Below, one piece after another: positions 12,766-25,200 of a DNA stretch of 64,000 bases. The stretch's first letter is position 1; the number at the start of each line of letters is the position of its first letter. This stretch comes from Iphione sp. A-MEVVRFRX5 (lineage: Eukaryota). The stretch spans positions 50,220,001-50,284,000 of the forward strand of contig OZ320318.1 of the NCBI GenBank assembly GCA_976226885.1. The letters run 5' to 3'. A program made the position numbers and the translations under genes. The notes under the pieces were generated by a model, which ran no database searches, had not been told where the DNA came from, and saw nothing but the letters and a program-made list of their open reading frames with translations.

Positions 12766-15703
12766 TTATGTACACTTTTATGCATGTGTATATCCAGGAT
12801 TTTAAAAATTGGATAGGGTATCCCAGATATGCCTATGTATGCCATATTATGCACCCATGGAAATGAATCAGCACCTAACCTTGTCCTGGGTTATCCCGTA
12901 TATCCCTGATATGCACGCATGTGCATGAATACATACACATGGGAAAAAAACTGATGTAGGATCAATTTCCATGTGCCCATGTCTCGATGTTGCATGTTCA
13001 TGCAGGGACCACCATGATATCTGGGCATATATTGTAACCCCAGGAATGTCTAAGTGTAGCATGCATCGTGCTGGTTTTCTCTGTGTAGTGTCAGAATGGG
13101 ACGTGTCCCATTCCGCCATGTTATCACATCTGTGTACTGATGTTAAACTGATGAACATGTTACATGGGTACACAGCAGATCATGGTGCTTCATGGTGCTA
13201 CGCACTACACGAATACATGGAAATTAAGCCTTCATTTCAATGACACCCAAAGGGTTTAGACCAAAGTGTGCAGGCTCCTACCCATCGGACCTTCAGTCGG
13301 AAAAGGCTGGGAGGGTTGCGGAGATGAGGAGGGGGTTCACCTTCATTTATCACTCGCTCACCTCTGGGGGCGGTGAAGGACGACCAGGTCGCTGAGCTGC
13401 CGGTCGGACATCGAGAACGGTCACAGGCGGCGCTGAAAGAAGGCGCCCGCTTCTCCTGGCCGCTCCCAACAACAGCGGAGGCGCAGGAGCCGCCGGCGTC
13501 CCGCTGACAAATCTCAATAATGTTGTCACAGAGTGACTACAACGGCTTTCTTCATAATCAGGCTTCATACAACACCGCTTTAGATGGCAGTATCAGAGCG
13601 CGGAAAGGGGCAGGATGTTGACTGTTGGTGATGCATCGTCAATGCACTGGAAGTTGCTTATAGGAGCGGAAGGGGGACGAGAGAGTGGGACTGGAGGAAG
13701 GAGGAGAAAGATACGTAGAAATGTACATGTACGTGCGTCCCGGGTTTAGAAGACTTGTCCTTGTACATGTAAATTCTTTGTCAATCTATGGAGCTGTTTG
13801 TACAGTGATTAGGGGAAACATGGAAAGTTGTCACTCTGCCTTTCTGTGCCAAGTATGTATTCCTCTTTCATTTACTTCTATCCCAAACACTGATCGGTGC
13901 TTCATGAAAAATGAGACATGTTCCAATATTCCAACATGGATCTATGTTGGAAGAATATATATATATGTTTTAATTTCTGAAATATTACCGTACGATGCAT
14001 TGATCGCTTTTGTGGTAAACAGGGTCTATTTACAGTCTCCATCAAGACTACTATACCCTTTATATAGTTACAGATCTCATATGGTCACCAACAATCCTTG
14101 TCTTGAAAAACAACAAATAACGAGAAAAACATGAAAAGATGTATATGTTTATCTAAGTGTTTATATTTCCTTATTCAAAGATTGCCATTTGTCACTATGG
14201 GATTTCCATCATATATCACAAATACATGTTCTATTTCCATGTACTAAATGTACATGGAACAGGTACATGGAAACACTCCAGTTTATAAACATAGATGCAA
14301 AAAAGCGTGTACATGGAAGTATAGGCGCTTTCATGAATGTGCTTCCAGTTTTGGGCATACGGAAAAGCACCAGGAGTGTTTCTATATATTCATGTAGCAC
14401 GTAGCCTTTCTCCATATAGCCTGTTATCGGAATGTAGTCTCATTCTGCTGTGTTTTCATGTCTATATTTGTGTGCTTGGAATAGGAACTATAGTTAACTA
14501 CAGGACTGATACAAGGCTCCACATTAGTTCCTATCCGGGGTTAACATGGTGCATGCCTCTCCCTGGCCATGAAAACACATTACATGCTACACAGATATAT
14601 GGAGACCCAGCTTAAGCCACAGGCCTCAAACAGTACCATGCTAGGAAGAGGCTTTCTAGGATCAAAAATATCGTGGAGCAGTCTGGTTATCAAGATTTTT
14701 CGGCATGAGTTACCAAAGCCCACTGTAGGCAGCATAATATGACGAGAAAGCCTGCAAAAACTCGCGGACACGTGAAACAACCACAAAACACATACCGTCC
14801 ACGTGATTTACGAGGCACGGACATGGGCAAGCCTCAAACTTGCAGCCAGTGGCGCCCTCTAGAGGATACGGTTCCTCAAATGTTTAAGAAATAAACTTAC
14901 CTCAAAAAAAGAGAAACGATTTAATATACCATAGAAAAACAAGTACATGTATAGCTATCTGTAAATAATGGCAAAAAAGATGTACAATGGATTCTGTAAA
15001 AAGGAGACGAAATATAAATTTCGTCTTTATTCCATGCATGACTAAGTCAACCGTCAAGGAATGTGTTTGAATCATCAGGCACACGTCATTGCGAGAACAC
15101 CAATTCTATGATCACAAGAATAAAAGGGCAACAGCATGTGTAGTGGAGCCATTTGCCTCTTCTCAAGGTAGCACCCGTACCGGTTAGTCAATCTCCAGCC
15201 ATGTCCACAATTTAGCTTCATAATTTCTGATGAGCGGGTGCAGGCCCAAACGAACGATCACCTTAACTGTGGACACCCTTAGTGTAGCACGAGCAAGATT
15301 ATAAATGTAAGATTATAGTGTGATCTATTCATACCACCTGCCTTCACCACCTCCCTTGCCATGCCTTTTGCCTTCGTGGCTGCCTCGGACTCCAGATTCC
15401 TTCCCTTTGCCCTGTCTCTGGGTATGTTACGGTCGCAGTCAATCCATTCCGTGTCAACGAAGTTGTTTCCAGCTGACCATCTGTATGTTTTCATCAATGC
15501 AACCACCTGGAATGCCACACCCCGTTACCTGGCATATCGTATATGCTGCAAGACGAGTGCAGTAAGGTGAAGAATCTTTCCTTCTCGCCACTTGTGGCTG
15601 CGGTAATGGCTACACTTATTCTACAAACCTCCACTTCTGTCTGTTTTTCCGCAGCCTTCTTCAGAGGCCATGACTGCTTATGTATTGTGTGGAATTTTAA
15701 AAT

Positions 15704-15840
15704 AAATTTCTTGAAACTGATCTATAGCAATGTATATTATGTTTTTGGTCTAAATTTCTTGAAACTGGTAATTGTAAATTGTGTTTTTGGTGTACATTTC
15801 TTGAAACTGATTCATACCTGTGTAAACTGTTTGGTTGTTA
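15704..15840. repeat. Degenerate tandem repeat, 3 units of ~42-48 bp
   Basis: Core (A)ATTTCTTGAAACTG...TG(T)TTTTGG recurs three times. Confidence 0.8.
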
Positions 15841-18124
15841 TGCTAATGATATGCAAATAAAGCTGATTTTATACACATATATCCAATCCTAGGCCTAGCG
15901 CTAGGCCACACTTCCATCTGCTACCTGATTTCTGGCCTGGCAATGTTTCTGAAGATATGAGTTAGTTATGGTACAAATCAGTCCCGTGACCATATCTGAT
16001 TATGGTATTTGTTCCCAATCTTGAGCAGTTTTTCCAGTACAGCAACTGCAATGGCTGATTTGCTTTTGAAATTAGCCTGCAAGCATAATTATGTACATGT
16101 GTACTGACCGTACTTCACTACATATCAGTAACAAACTATGAGGACAGACACGGTCGCAACTGTTTAGATCAAAAGCCATCACAAAACTCAGGTAAGTCTC
16201 GAAGACACTCCTCTGCCACCTAGGAGTCACTTTTGACTCAGAAAAATTGGGAGTTAAGCCTTTTCTTAGGTCATCGAGCCTATATTGTTGCCCTTTTCGT
16301 TATCTAGTGTTGAAGCCTATTTGTTGTTTCCCGAGGCCCTTCACAGCGAGAATCTGGATGCGACCCAATGAAAGGTGGGACCGTCTCCTAAAATGGGAAC
16401 CAACGGGAGATGGATAAAAATACCCTCTCTTGGTTGCTAGGGTTACAAATGTGAAAGTCTTTTCCTGTTTCAGCGAAGGCAAATCATTTTCAAATGTCGA
16501 TATGAACGATAAGGTCAACAGAAACAATCGCCACTAGAATCACTGAGATGGTTTCTCCAGAAGTCATTTTTCTAGAACTGATGAAACACCTCTACACGTA
16601 ACCATATATTACACACGGAAAAACGATGCAGACTACAGCGGGAACGTGATAGATTTACGGCGCTGTCTAAGGTGATCGGGGTGTCACTATTCGCTGCTCG
16701 TGCAAGAGATACATTGGAGATCTCCCTCTCATTTTATAAATGATTTCGACCACTTGGTGTCAGCAGTTCGTGGTAGTCACTGGAGCTTTTCGTCAAGGAA
16801 GAGTCTACCACCTTGGCACCCAGATGCTGATAAAGTACTGGTTTGCCCAGTGGTGTATGTGCATCTATGTTCCCATTATAAATGCACTGGCAGGAACTGC
16901 TAACACAATTATATCAAAAGGCCAACGGTGTTCCTGTGCTTTTCGCGATTCGGCATGGTATAACGCAGGGAAATACATGCATAATGCGTATGCACATCTC
17001 ACCCGTAAACAATCGAAACAAGGACGTTTCAAAACGTGGCTCTTTTCATTAGATGTCCACGTACGTGTAATGGAGTTTTGAATCAGCTGCGAAATATTGT
17101 GACAGCCGAATCACCTGGGTCCCCATATCAATACCCCTCCCCGTGTAAGTGCCTATTCTGCAATATTTTTATCGTTATTTTCAAAACGGTTCCTGCTGAT
17201 GCCACCACAGAAAAAAATATATCCACGAGTCAATCAAGGGGAGGGAGTGAAAAAGCAGCGAAACATGGCTTTGGAGACGGAAACCCTTCGGGGAACGCTG
17301 TTAGGTGAGATCTGGAGAATCCTGACCCAGAATCCTCCTCCAGGGCGGGCTGCTGCCGGGTGTCGACGAGCGACGATCAACAATCCCCAGGAGATGAGTG
17401 AGGCGCAGGGGGGGGGGGGTGAGGGCTGGTCGGGGGAAAGGTGGGTGAGATGGGGTGAGTGAGGCACAGGCGGTTGGTCGGTGCGCTGGGCTGAGGATTG
17501 CGTACGACAAGGCCAAGCCAACGGCAGACTTCTTAGGTAAACACCCTGGCACCCTCTGCCGGGCCCGTGTTGGAAAACAGCAGCAATCAGCCCAACCGCC
17601 AGGCATCACGAGCCGGCTCGATACGAAGACAAAAGAAGTGTAATAAACGCAATAATAATAGTCATGATAACAGAAAAACCAGGTCGCACCGCCATCAGTG
17701 TGCTGTGGGTGTTTTCAAACAAACACGACGTGCTGACATTGCCTGCACTTTACACCGAGTGGCCCTCCTCCAAACAAGCCCGGCTCGTCATAATTACTGC
17801 ATGGGCATCAACACTCTCAAGTATGGACGCCCAGAAATGCTTCCGTCAAGCATATGGCCCTGGAACCGAGGGCATGGTTCCTAGTCCCTTTTTTCGACCT
17901 CCCGTCTTTTAGCCTTTTTGGCTGTAGGTGGAGAATAGAGTGTGGTTTCCTCTAGCATGGCCTGGCCTGGCCTGCTTCCCGCCCATCAGTCTGTCGTGTC
18001 ATCACCTATCACTACCTCTGACGGAAGGAAATATCGGTAGGCTAAGGCCGCGATGCGGTGAATAATAGCAAAAATAGTGAAAGGTGAACATGAGAAATTC
18101 GGATCCAGCCCAACAGGAAGGCTG

Positions 18125-18210
18125 TGTGGGCGGGTCTAATAAGACAACCCGTGCGAGCTTTCTTCACCAATCAGATCACGTGCTGCCTGCCGGACGTGTG
18201 ACGTCACAGG
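18125..18210. promoter_or_regulatory. Promoter/enhancer-like motif cluster
   Basis: GC box (tgggcggg ~18127), CCAAT 18167, E-box CACGTG 18177 and a CRE inside the 12-bp palindrome TGTGACGTCACA 18197-18208. Confidence 0.35.
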
Positions 18211-21200
18211 GGGTTTTCAGATCACCAGCTCGGATTACCGAGTCTATGTCTGGGGTTTGATCTTCAAGCTTAGCGCAAATCTTGCCCTCAGCAGTCAGCT
18301 GGTTATTCAACCGAACGACGCTATTCCCTGCATATAAGAAATCGTTTGAGGTTTTCTTTGTGAGCTGACCGATGACAGTAAGAATATATAGACGTGTACA
18401 TACGTAGACCTTAAATAAGCATGATATATTGTGCAGAGTTCCGGATGAATACAATGAGCGAATACAGACGCAGGCTTTCCCTGTGTCACTTTGCATTAGC
18501 AGCTAGCCAAAGAGTTGTTTCGATCTATGAGCATAACTATGAGTCTGTGCGGGAATCAAGAACCAGGCACACATTTGAACAGATCAGGCATGTGATATAC
18601 ATGTATAAATAAATATATTATATATATGTACAACGCAGTATTAGCACCTCGTGGGGTGAGAACGAGTAGGAAACCCGTCAGGGGGCTTCGCGCTGGATCC
18701 AAACAGACGCTGCGGAGATGGGTCTTGATAGGTTCTGACGAGGAATTACTGATGGCCGTAACTGATGAAGGGTTTCTAAACGTGCGCTGCCTCCCATCAA
18801 GAGTCATGCTGTGACCTCTTCGTGACTGCACTCAGATGAACAAGGATGCCCAACATTCTCCAAATTTCGACTTTGCTGGATATAAACTACAGAGTCCGCG
18901 CAGAATATGGGACTATTCCCATGGGCCCTATATAAAAAGTATACATGCATATATTTACACACAGAGAATTCATCTTTACCACTGCACAATACCAGAGGCC
19001 GTCTACAAACTCTCCTCATCGACACATGCTTCTCTTTAGATTGGGTTGGACGTAGAGTGAAAAGCTTTGAATGAAAGCCACAGCTCGCTGCCATGACCAA
19101 CAGGTACCCCACTGCAGACCTATGGTTTCCATTAGGCCCGGCCAACGTAGTCTCCGCCTAGCGACTAGAGGTGACATTGAGCCAATTAAATGTTTTGCTT
19201 CAGTTAACTGCAGGATACATGACATTTGCAGCAATCATGATCTTTGTAAGTCCGCTGATGCGAAGCTGTTGTTTATGTACCCGATGCCAGCAATGTGTTA
19301 TAAAGTCACTTATCACAGATGTGCGAAGCACCCGGAAGAAGTTACTGCAAGCCCCAGTTACATTATTATAAAGCGGTTTTTTTAAGTGTTTGAATTAAAT
19401 AAATGAAATTTTAGAAAGATGGTTCGATGTGCCTCGTATCTCGCAAAGCAACAAACATACGGAAAGCATACAGTGACGTTGATGTGACAAAAAAACGGGC
19501 ATGTCAAAATTACCTCAGTGTACGGCCACAATACAACAAAAACGCTTCACACGGAAAGGCATATTCGTATAAAAAAAGGACACGTTTGGGTTATGTTTTT
19601 ATTATTACAAAAACTTCTTTCACAGAAGCAAAAATGTCTTCCTGTAAATGTTGGGTTTCTAAGAGTTAAGTATACAAGCAACAAGCACGTGACCAAAATA
19701 TACTCGGAAACCTTCGCAGTTTTTGTAACCCCCTTTTCTTCTGAGAGGGCCCGGGTTGGTTGGTTTTCTCCTGTTCACCGGTATACCCGTTCCCCACCCT
19801 TAAAACTCCCAGATGCTACAGGTGTTGCGGACCATAATAATGGGACCATCATGCGCTCTGGTAACTCCGTTTGGTCAACGTCAAACTTCCCAGATAGACG
19901 GTATAGCTATGTCCAGTGCGGTGTTCAGCGTTGTTTCCTACCAACTAACCCGGCATTTTCTTTGCAAATTACGTGTCCTTATGGAAGTTCAAACGCTAAT
20001 GCCTTCTTCGGCAGCTGTTAGCAGTTATTGAAAACAGCTAGCTTCTGGCTGATTTACAGTGGGCCATAGTGAGAAATATCGCGTGTAGACTGCTGTAGGG
20101 GCTAGCACTCTGTGGGAGCACAGCCCAGACACCTCGAACAACTCAGGAGCTGCTGGGGAAAGGCTTGGCTTCATCCTGGTCAAGGTTAAATACTTGCACA
20201 CCCAGGTGACATGCAGGTACTTTCAATGAACGACTGCTGGCCTTCAGCAGAGACCTCCCAGCCTGCTGGGACACTGATAACTTTGTCTGGTGGCCACAAA
20301 TCACCTCACCAGATATGTGCCTCTATCGCGATTCCCCTAACACCCTGAAGCCTTTTTCTCCACCACGTTTTCACCACACGGGTGCTGTACCCAACATTAC
20401 ATTTGAAACTGGTGAATAACGGGATAAAAGGCCTGCACATATATTCTTTTCCGAAGTCGATATGTTTGAAGGCACTCTGCCAGTATTTCACACATAACCA
20501 AAAGAGGGGCATCGTTTCTAGAACAAAGATCCACAGCGTTAGACCAGCGCAAACTTATTAAGAAAATAGTTATGCTCTTGAGAAATAGACCCCAGGAAAA
20601 TTGCTGTACGAGAAGGTTTAAAAGTGTTTCCTACCACCAAGTTTCACTAATTCTATCGAGATAAATAGAGCTACACTCCGTAGTGTAAAGACGCCAGCAA
20701 CCCTGTACATGTATAGATTCTTTCGTTGCAAGTTGCAAGAAATGAAAGTTCAGCCTGACGTTCACTTTTGGATCAGTTTGACATTTACACAAACAATGTC
20801 ACCTAGCTTGTTCCAACATGTCCGACAGGTCTGCAGCATAGTCGGATGGCAGGGCACACCCAGTACTGCCGCCTGGTGGAACGCTCATCACCGCGTCGAC
20901 AGGAAAAAGTAGGTGAACGTTTCAAGAGCTTTCAAATGAAGGTAAACCTGTTAGGTATCCACTCCCCCCCCCTTACGGTGATCCTAACTAAAGAAACTAG
21001 GGTATTTTTGTTAGTCTTCCCGTGTGACCCTTTGGGGATGTTTGGCCTGGGAGTGTAACGCAGTGATAAGGTGACCTGTCATATAGCTATGTATAATCAT
21101 CTGTCAACCAGGTAGAACTGTGCCTCCTACGTCTAAGGGAGATTGGGTCTGAGATCTCAGAATATCTTACTGAACTCTATCTGCGTCTCTGCTGGCCTCT

Positions 21201-22193
21201 CAGCTGCTGCTTATACCTGCTGTTTTCGGCCGTCAGTATTCATCTATATACCAGTGTTACTTAATGAGTCTTTTCACACCGTGCCCCTGCCCTGCACTCA
21301 CGTCCCCATCTCATGTATACGGATTAAATGATGCCACAATAGGTCTTCTCCTTTTCGCACCCATATCTACCTATTTGTTTACACGAACCGCGCAGGAATT
21401 TTTACCCTTTCAGAGCTGGAATGATGTAAAGCCCTCGCCTCCTCCTCCTCTCAACCTGGGGCGGGCTGCTGGAAGTAAACTCTTACAGGTGGCGTAGTTG
21501 TAAGTAGCTGCCTCGAGCACGTCCCTCATACCACTTGCTGCACTGATCTACCGCCAACGTATGGTTGTCATAGAAACTTACTGATAAGGAAGCGTCCCTA
21601 ATGTTTGTATTTGTGACGTTTCGGCGTTCCAAACTCCCAGCTCAAGATGAGCTACCTACAACTATTGTGCCAGGGGCAAATAATTTTGGCAAAACTGTTT
21701 CGAGGCTTCAGGTAATATTCCTTCGTTCGTTCCAGCCTGAATGCATTCATGGCTTTTGTTCCGTTACTCACAAGTTATAGAGGGGAGATAAATTAATCAC
21801 CCCAGTTTCTTTTATCTGTGCGATTAAAAAACAGTCCCCATTTCCACAATACACGTATACTGATACATGTTTCTCCTTTTGCTCTATTATGATTTCATCA
21901 AGTGTCTTGTCATCTTCTTAAAAATACAAGGTGAAGACTTGCAGTCCTGAAACAGACTAGTTGTTTATTACACAGTAAGAAGCTGGATGGTGGGAGTCCG
22001 TCTAATTGTCCCGGTGTGGAGAGTTCGGAAAAGGAGGAGTAGTAGAAGGATGGTGGGAGTGAGGGACACATGACAGATTCAGGCAGAAGAGATGAAAATA
22101 CCAGGAATTTCACATCAACCCTGCACTTAAAAAAAATGAAAATGTTGCCATGCATACAGGCACTTAAAGGTCAAAAACAATTTATTTAAATTG

Positions 22194-22246
22194 GAAGCCT
22201 TATCGCTTGATAGCTACAGAAGCCTTATCGCTTGAGAGCTACAGAA
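22194..22246. repeat. 25-bp tandem duplication
   Basis: GAAGCCTTATCGCTTGA(T/G)AGCTACA x2. Confidence 0.9.
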
Positions 22247-25200
22247 CAAAAATTAGCGATTAGCGACCGAACTGTCAAACTGTCGATGTCGACTCCATGT
22301 ATGAGTACATGCATCTATTTAACCTTATCTTATACGTCTTCGAAGATATTCATAGCTGTCACTTAAGTAAGCTCCACATTCTTTGACCCTGTTCGAAGTC
22401 CCCATAATGGAATAGTTTTCACATTACGTTGGCGAATTAGCATGCATAAAGTAGACATAAATCGGTACTTTTCAAAGGTGAGGGGTTGGCTGGACGGAGG
22501 GCGAACATAGCTTTGTACAGACATACCTCTCCTCTTAATGAATCCTCTGAGTACAAAGCTTCTGTATAACGAAGACAGGGTTAACAGCATAAAAAGTAGC
22601 CATTTCAGATGAAATGTGCGAGGCTCCAAGGGTTACATATTAGGTCTCTCGTTAGTTTCTTATAACGAAGTGATTTCTTGGAACACATCTACCACATTAA
22701 GAGAGGTATACCTGAATGCTTATTCTTACTTGAGGTACCAAGTCGATTTGTTTGTTATTCCATGTATCTGACAAGGAAAGCACATCTGAACTCCAAGCAC
22801 CGGGTACCTTGAACTAGTTGATACACACACAGAAACGTTCTGGTATAGGTTATTTGAGCTTTCGAGCGCTCAAAGTAAGGAGGTCCAGGTGTACATATTC
22901 CATGACTTTTTCCTGCACTTTTTACAGGGTGGAATTTGGGCCTTTGGTTTGGTCTTGGGGAAGGGTTCGTTAAGGGCGGACTTGTCATGAAATCCACATG
23001 GACTTGCACACACACACAAATATATACAGAGACCCCTCCTCCATCACCACCACACACATGTATGCACCCCCTCCCCTAACAGTAAGTAAAATCAGTGGTT
23101 AATTTAGTAAACAGAAACCTTGATTGCCCTGGATGCCCAGATATTCAGATATTACGACGAAGCCTATCCGAGTCGGGTCCAATAGTTGACGAGAGCTGCA
23201 TAACTACTGAATTGCTGCGATGACAGATCTATCTCCAGTGTTAAAAGAGGAGGCGGCTAGCACTACTCGATGGCTCCTAACGCCGTCTAGATGGCATTCT
23301 TGTTGTCTGAGGAGAGACTGCCCTGCCGGGTGAATACATTAACTACACCGGGGTTTCTCACTTCAACTGACCTATCGCTTAGAGGCTTTCATCTTGTCAA
23401 ACTGCTCTTGAATTTGACTGTTGGACCCGCTTAGACATATTCTAGCTAGATATCCTTGGTTAGTGGCGTGTCCATAACTTGCAGGCACACAAGGGGTTTA
23501 GCAATTCCAGCACTTGTAAATAACTTCAAGTCTAATCATTCCAGCAATAGGTCAATTACAGTCTGACCGTTGATCCTGTATGCAAAGCTGTCGATCTTTT
23601 ATTGACTCAAGTTTTTTGTGTCGTTAAGAAGTCTGCTGTCCCCATTTGTTCCGTTCAAAAAATGTGTGTGTGGGTGGGTGGGGGGGGGGGTGCACACTGC
23701 CTGGAATGCAAGTGCGTGCCTACAGATTGCGGACGATGTGGTAGTTTTCCACTGACACAACATACAGGTATTTGAATAACGCATGTATACATGTACCTTG
23801 CGAGTTGTAGAAATAAATCATTACTTCACTAATCCTGTCAACGGATTTGAATTATGTATGTACCCAAGTCCTTGCAAGCTATAGAAACCAGACCGTTATG
23901 ACACTAGTCTTGTCAAAGGGAAGCTCCCACGAGTCAGTATCAGAGAATCGTGTCAATAGTGTCTGCTGAAGGACTGTTCTGGTCCGTGGTGAATCATGAT
24001 GAAACTGGTTGCTAATGTAAAGTTTGTGATTCAGGGCAAGTCATCCCTATAAATATGCCGATCAACAGTCACAGTGGCAGGTTAAAATGACTTGCAGACA
24101 GATAAGACAGACTGGAGTGAAACATCGCCAGGAAGTTTCGCTCATGTTGGACAAAGAGAGACTGACCCAACCTTTCACGCTCATTTCCCTTAACAAGTTG
24201 CCCGCCTGGATGTTAGATTGCGCTGGGCAGAAGGTGTACATTTTACCAATAATAGATACGCTCCGTCCACGGCTGAACGTAAACGTTATTCGTTTATTCC
24301 TTCGTTAGCGGTAGGTTATGGTTATGATATGAGGGAGCCCATCTAACCTAACCTTCACACAACCCTCATCCTCCGATACATGTACATGTAGTTTCCTTTA
24401 CTTAGGAGATTCATGTTCATATTGTCTAGCATACGGCGTGTGTTTTGTCGGATCATAATTATGGGAGGTTGTGAAACTACTTTGTACATCGACAACGTAA
24501 CAAATCTGTCTTGTTCTGATCCGGGTGTTAGCGACATTAGCAGCTTGCTTGAACTGACAAAAAGGTGCTTTCTTCTGACCCCAAGGACGACGCATCTGAG
24601 GAAACTATTCCCCACGTTCACTCTGTGCTGCGGTATGATATATAGACCCAGCTGTTAGTCATGCTCGTGGCCAAATCCCACATTTAATACATGGGGGAGT
24701 CAGTTGCACTGTGCTCACCGCTTGCACGACAGCGGATGCTACACCTCAGTGTAGCAACAATCTGGATCTCATAGACCCTATTAACTAGCTAATACTGGGA
24801 ACCCACACCTGTCGCATCTTCAATGACGCTAGCTAGCTTACTGGTATTTTATTATATCTATCTGCATGACCTCCATAGGATGAAAGATGTACCGAGGAAG
24901 CACAATTCGTCGTTCCTTCCTCGGAGGCAAAAGGAGTAATGCTATGATGTGGTGACTTGGTAGGACCACCTGAAATTCAGTTAGTAACAAAAGAACCACT
25001 GACATGCCGTAGCTTCTGTTTTAATGTTAATGTGGTCTCGGGCATTCCGCATGTAGAGTAAAACACAAGACCGAAATTAAACACAGGCTGCAGCAAGACT
25101 ACTGGGCTTTCCCTCTGTATCATTCTACTGAACATGTGTCCTGATCTTTTGATGTCAGTTAGGCTTTTCTGCGTCGTATGCGATTTTTTTCTTGACATAT

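Noticed and set aside
14880-14920. Minus-strand tttctctttttttGAG|GTAAGT as a second recursive site
   Set aside because: The acceptor would be GAG, which is very rarely used, and there is no downstream exon-defining donor.
15335-15480. Possible exon WSAGNNFVDTEWIDCDRNIPRD...
   Set aside because: Acceptor lacks a pyrimidine tract, phase 2-1 does not join CAP, and I recognise no homology.
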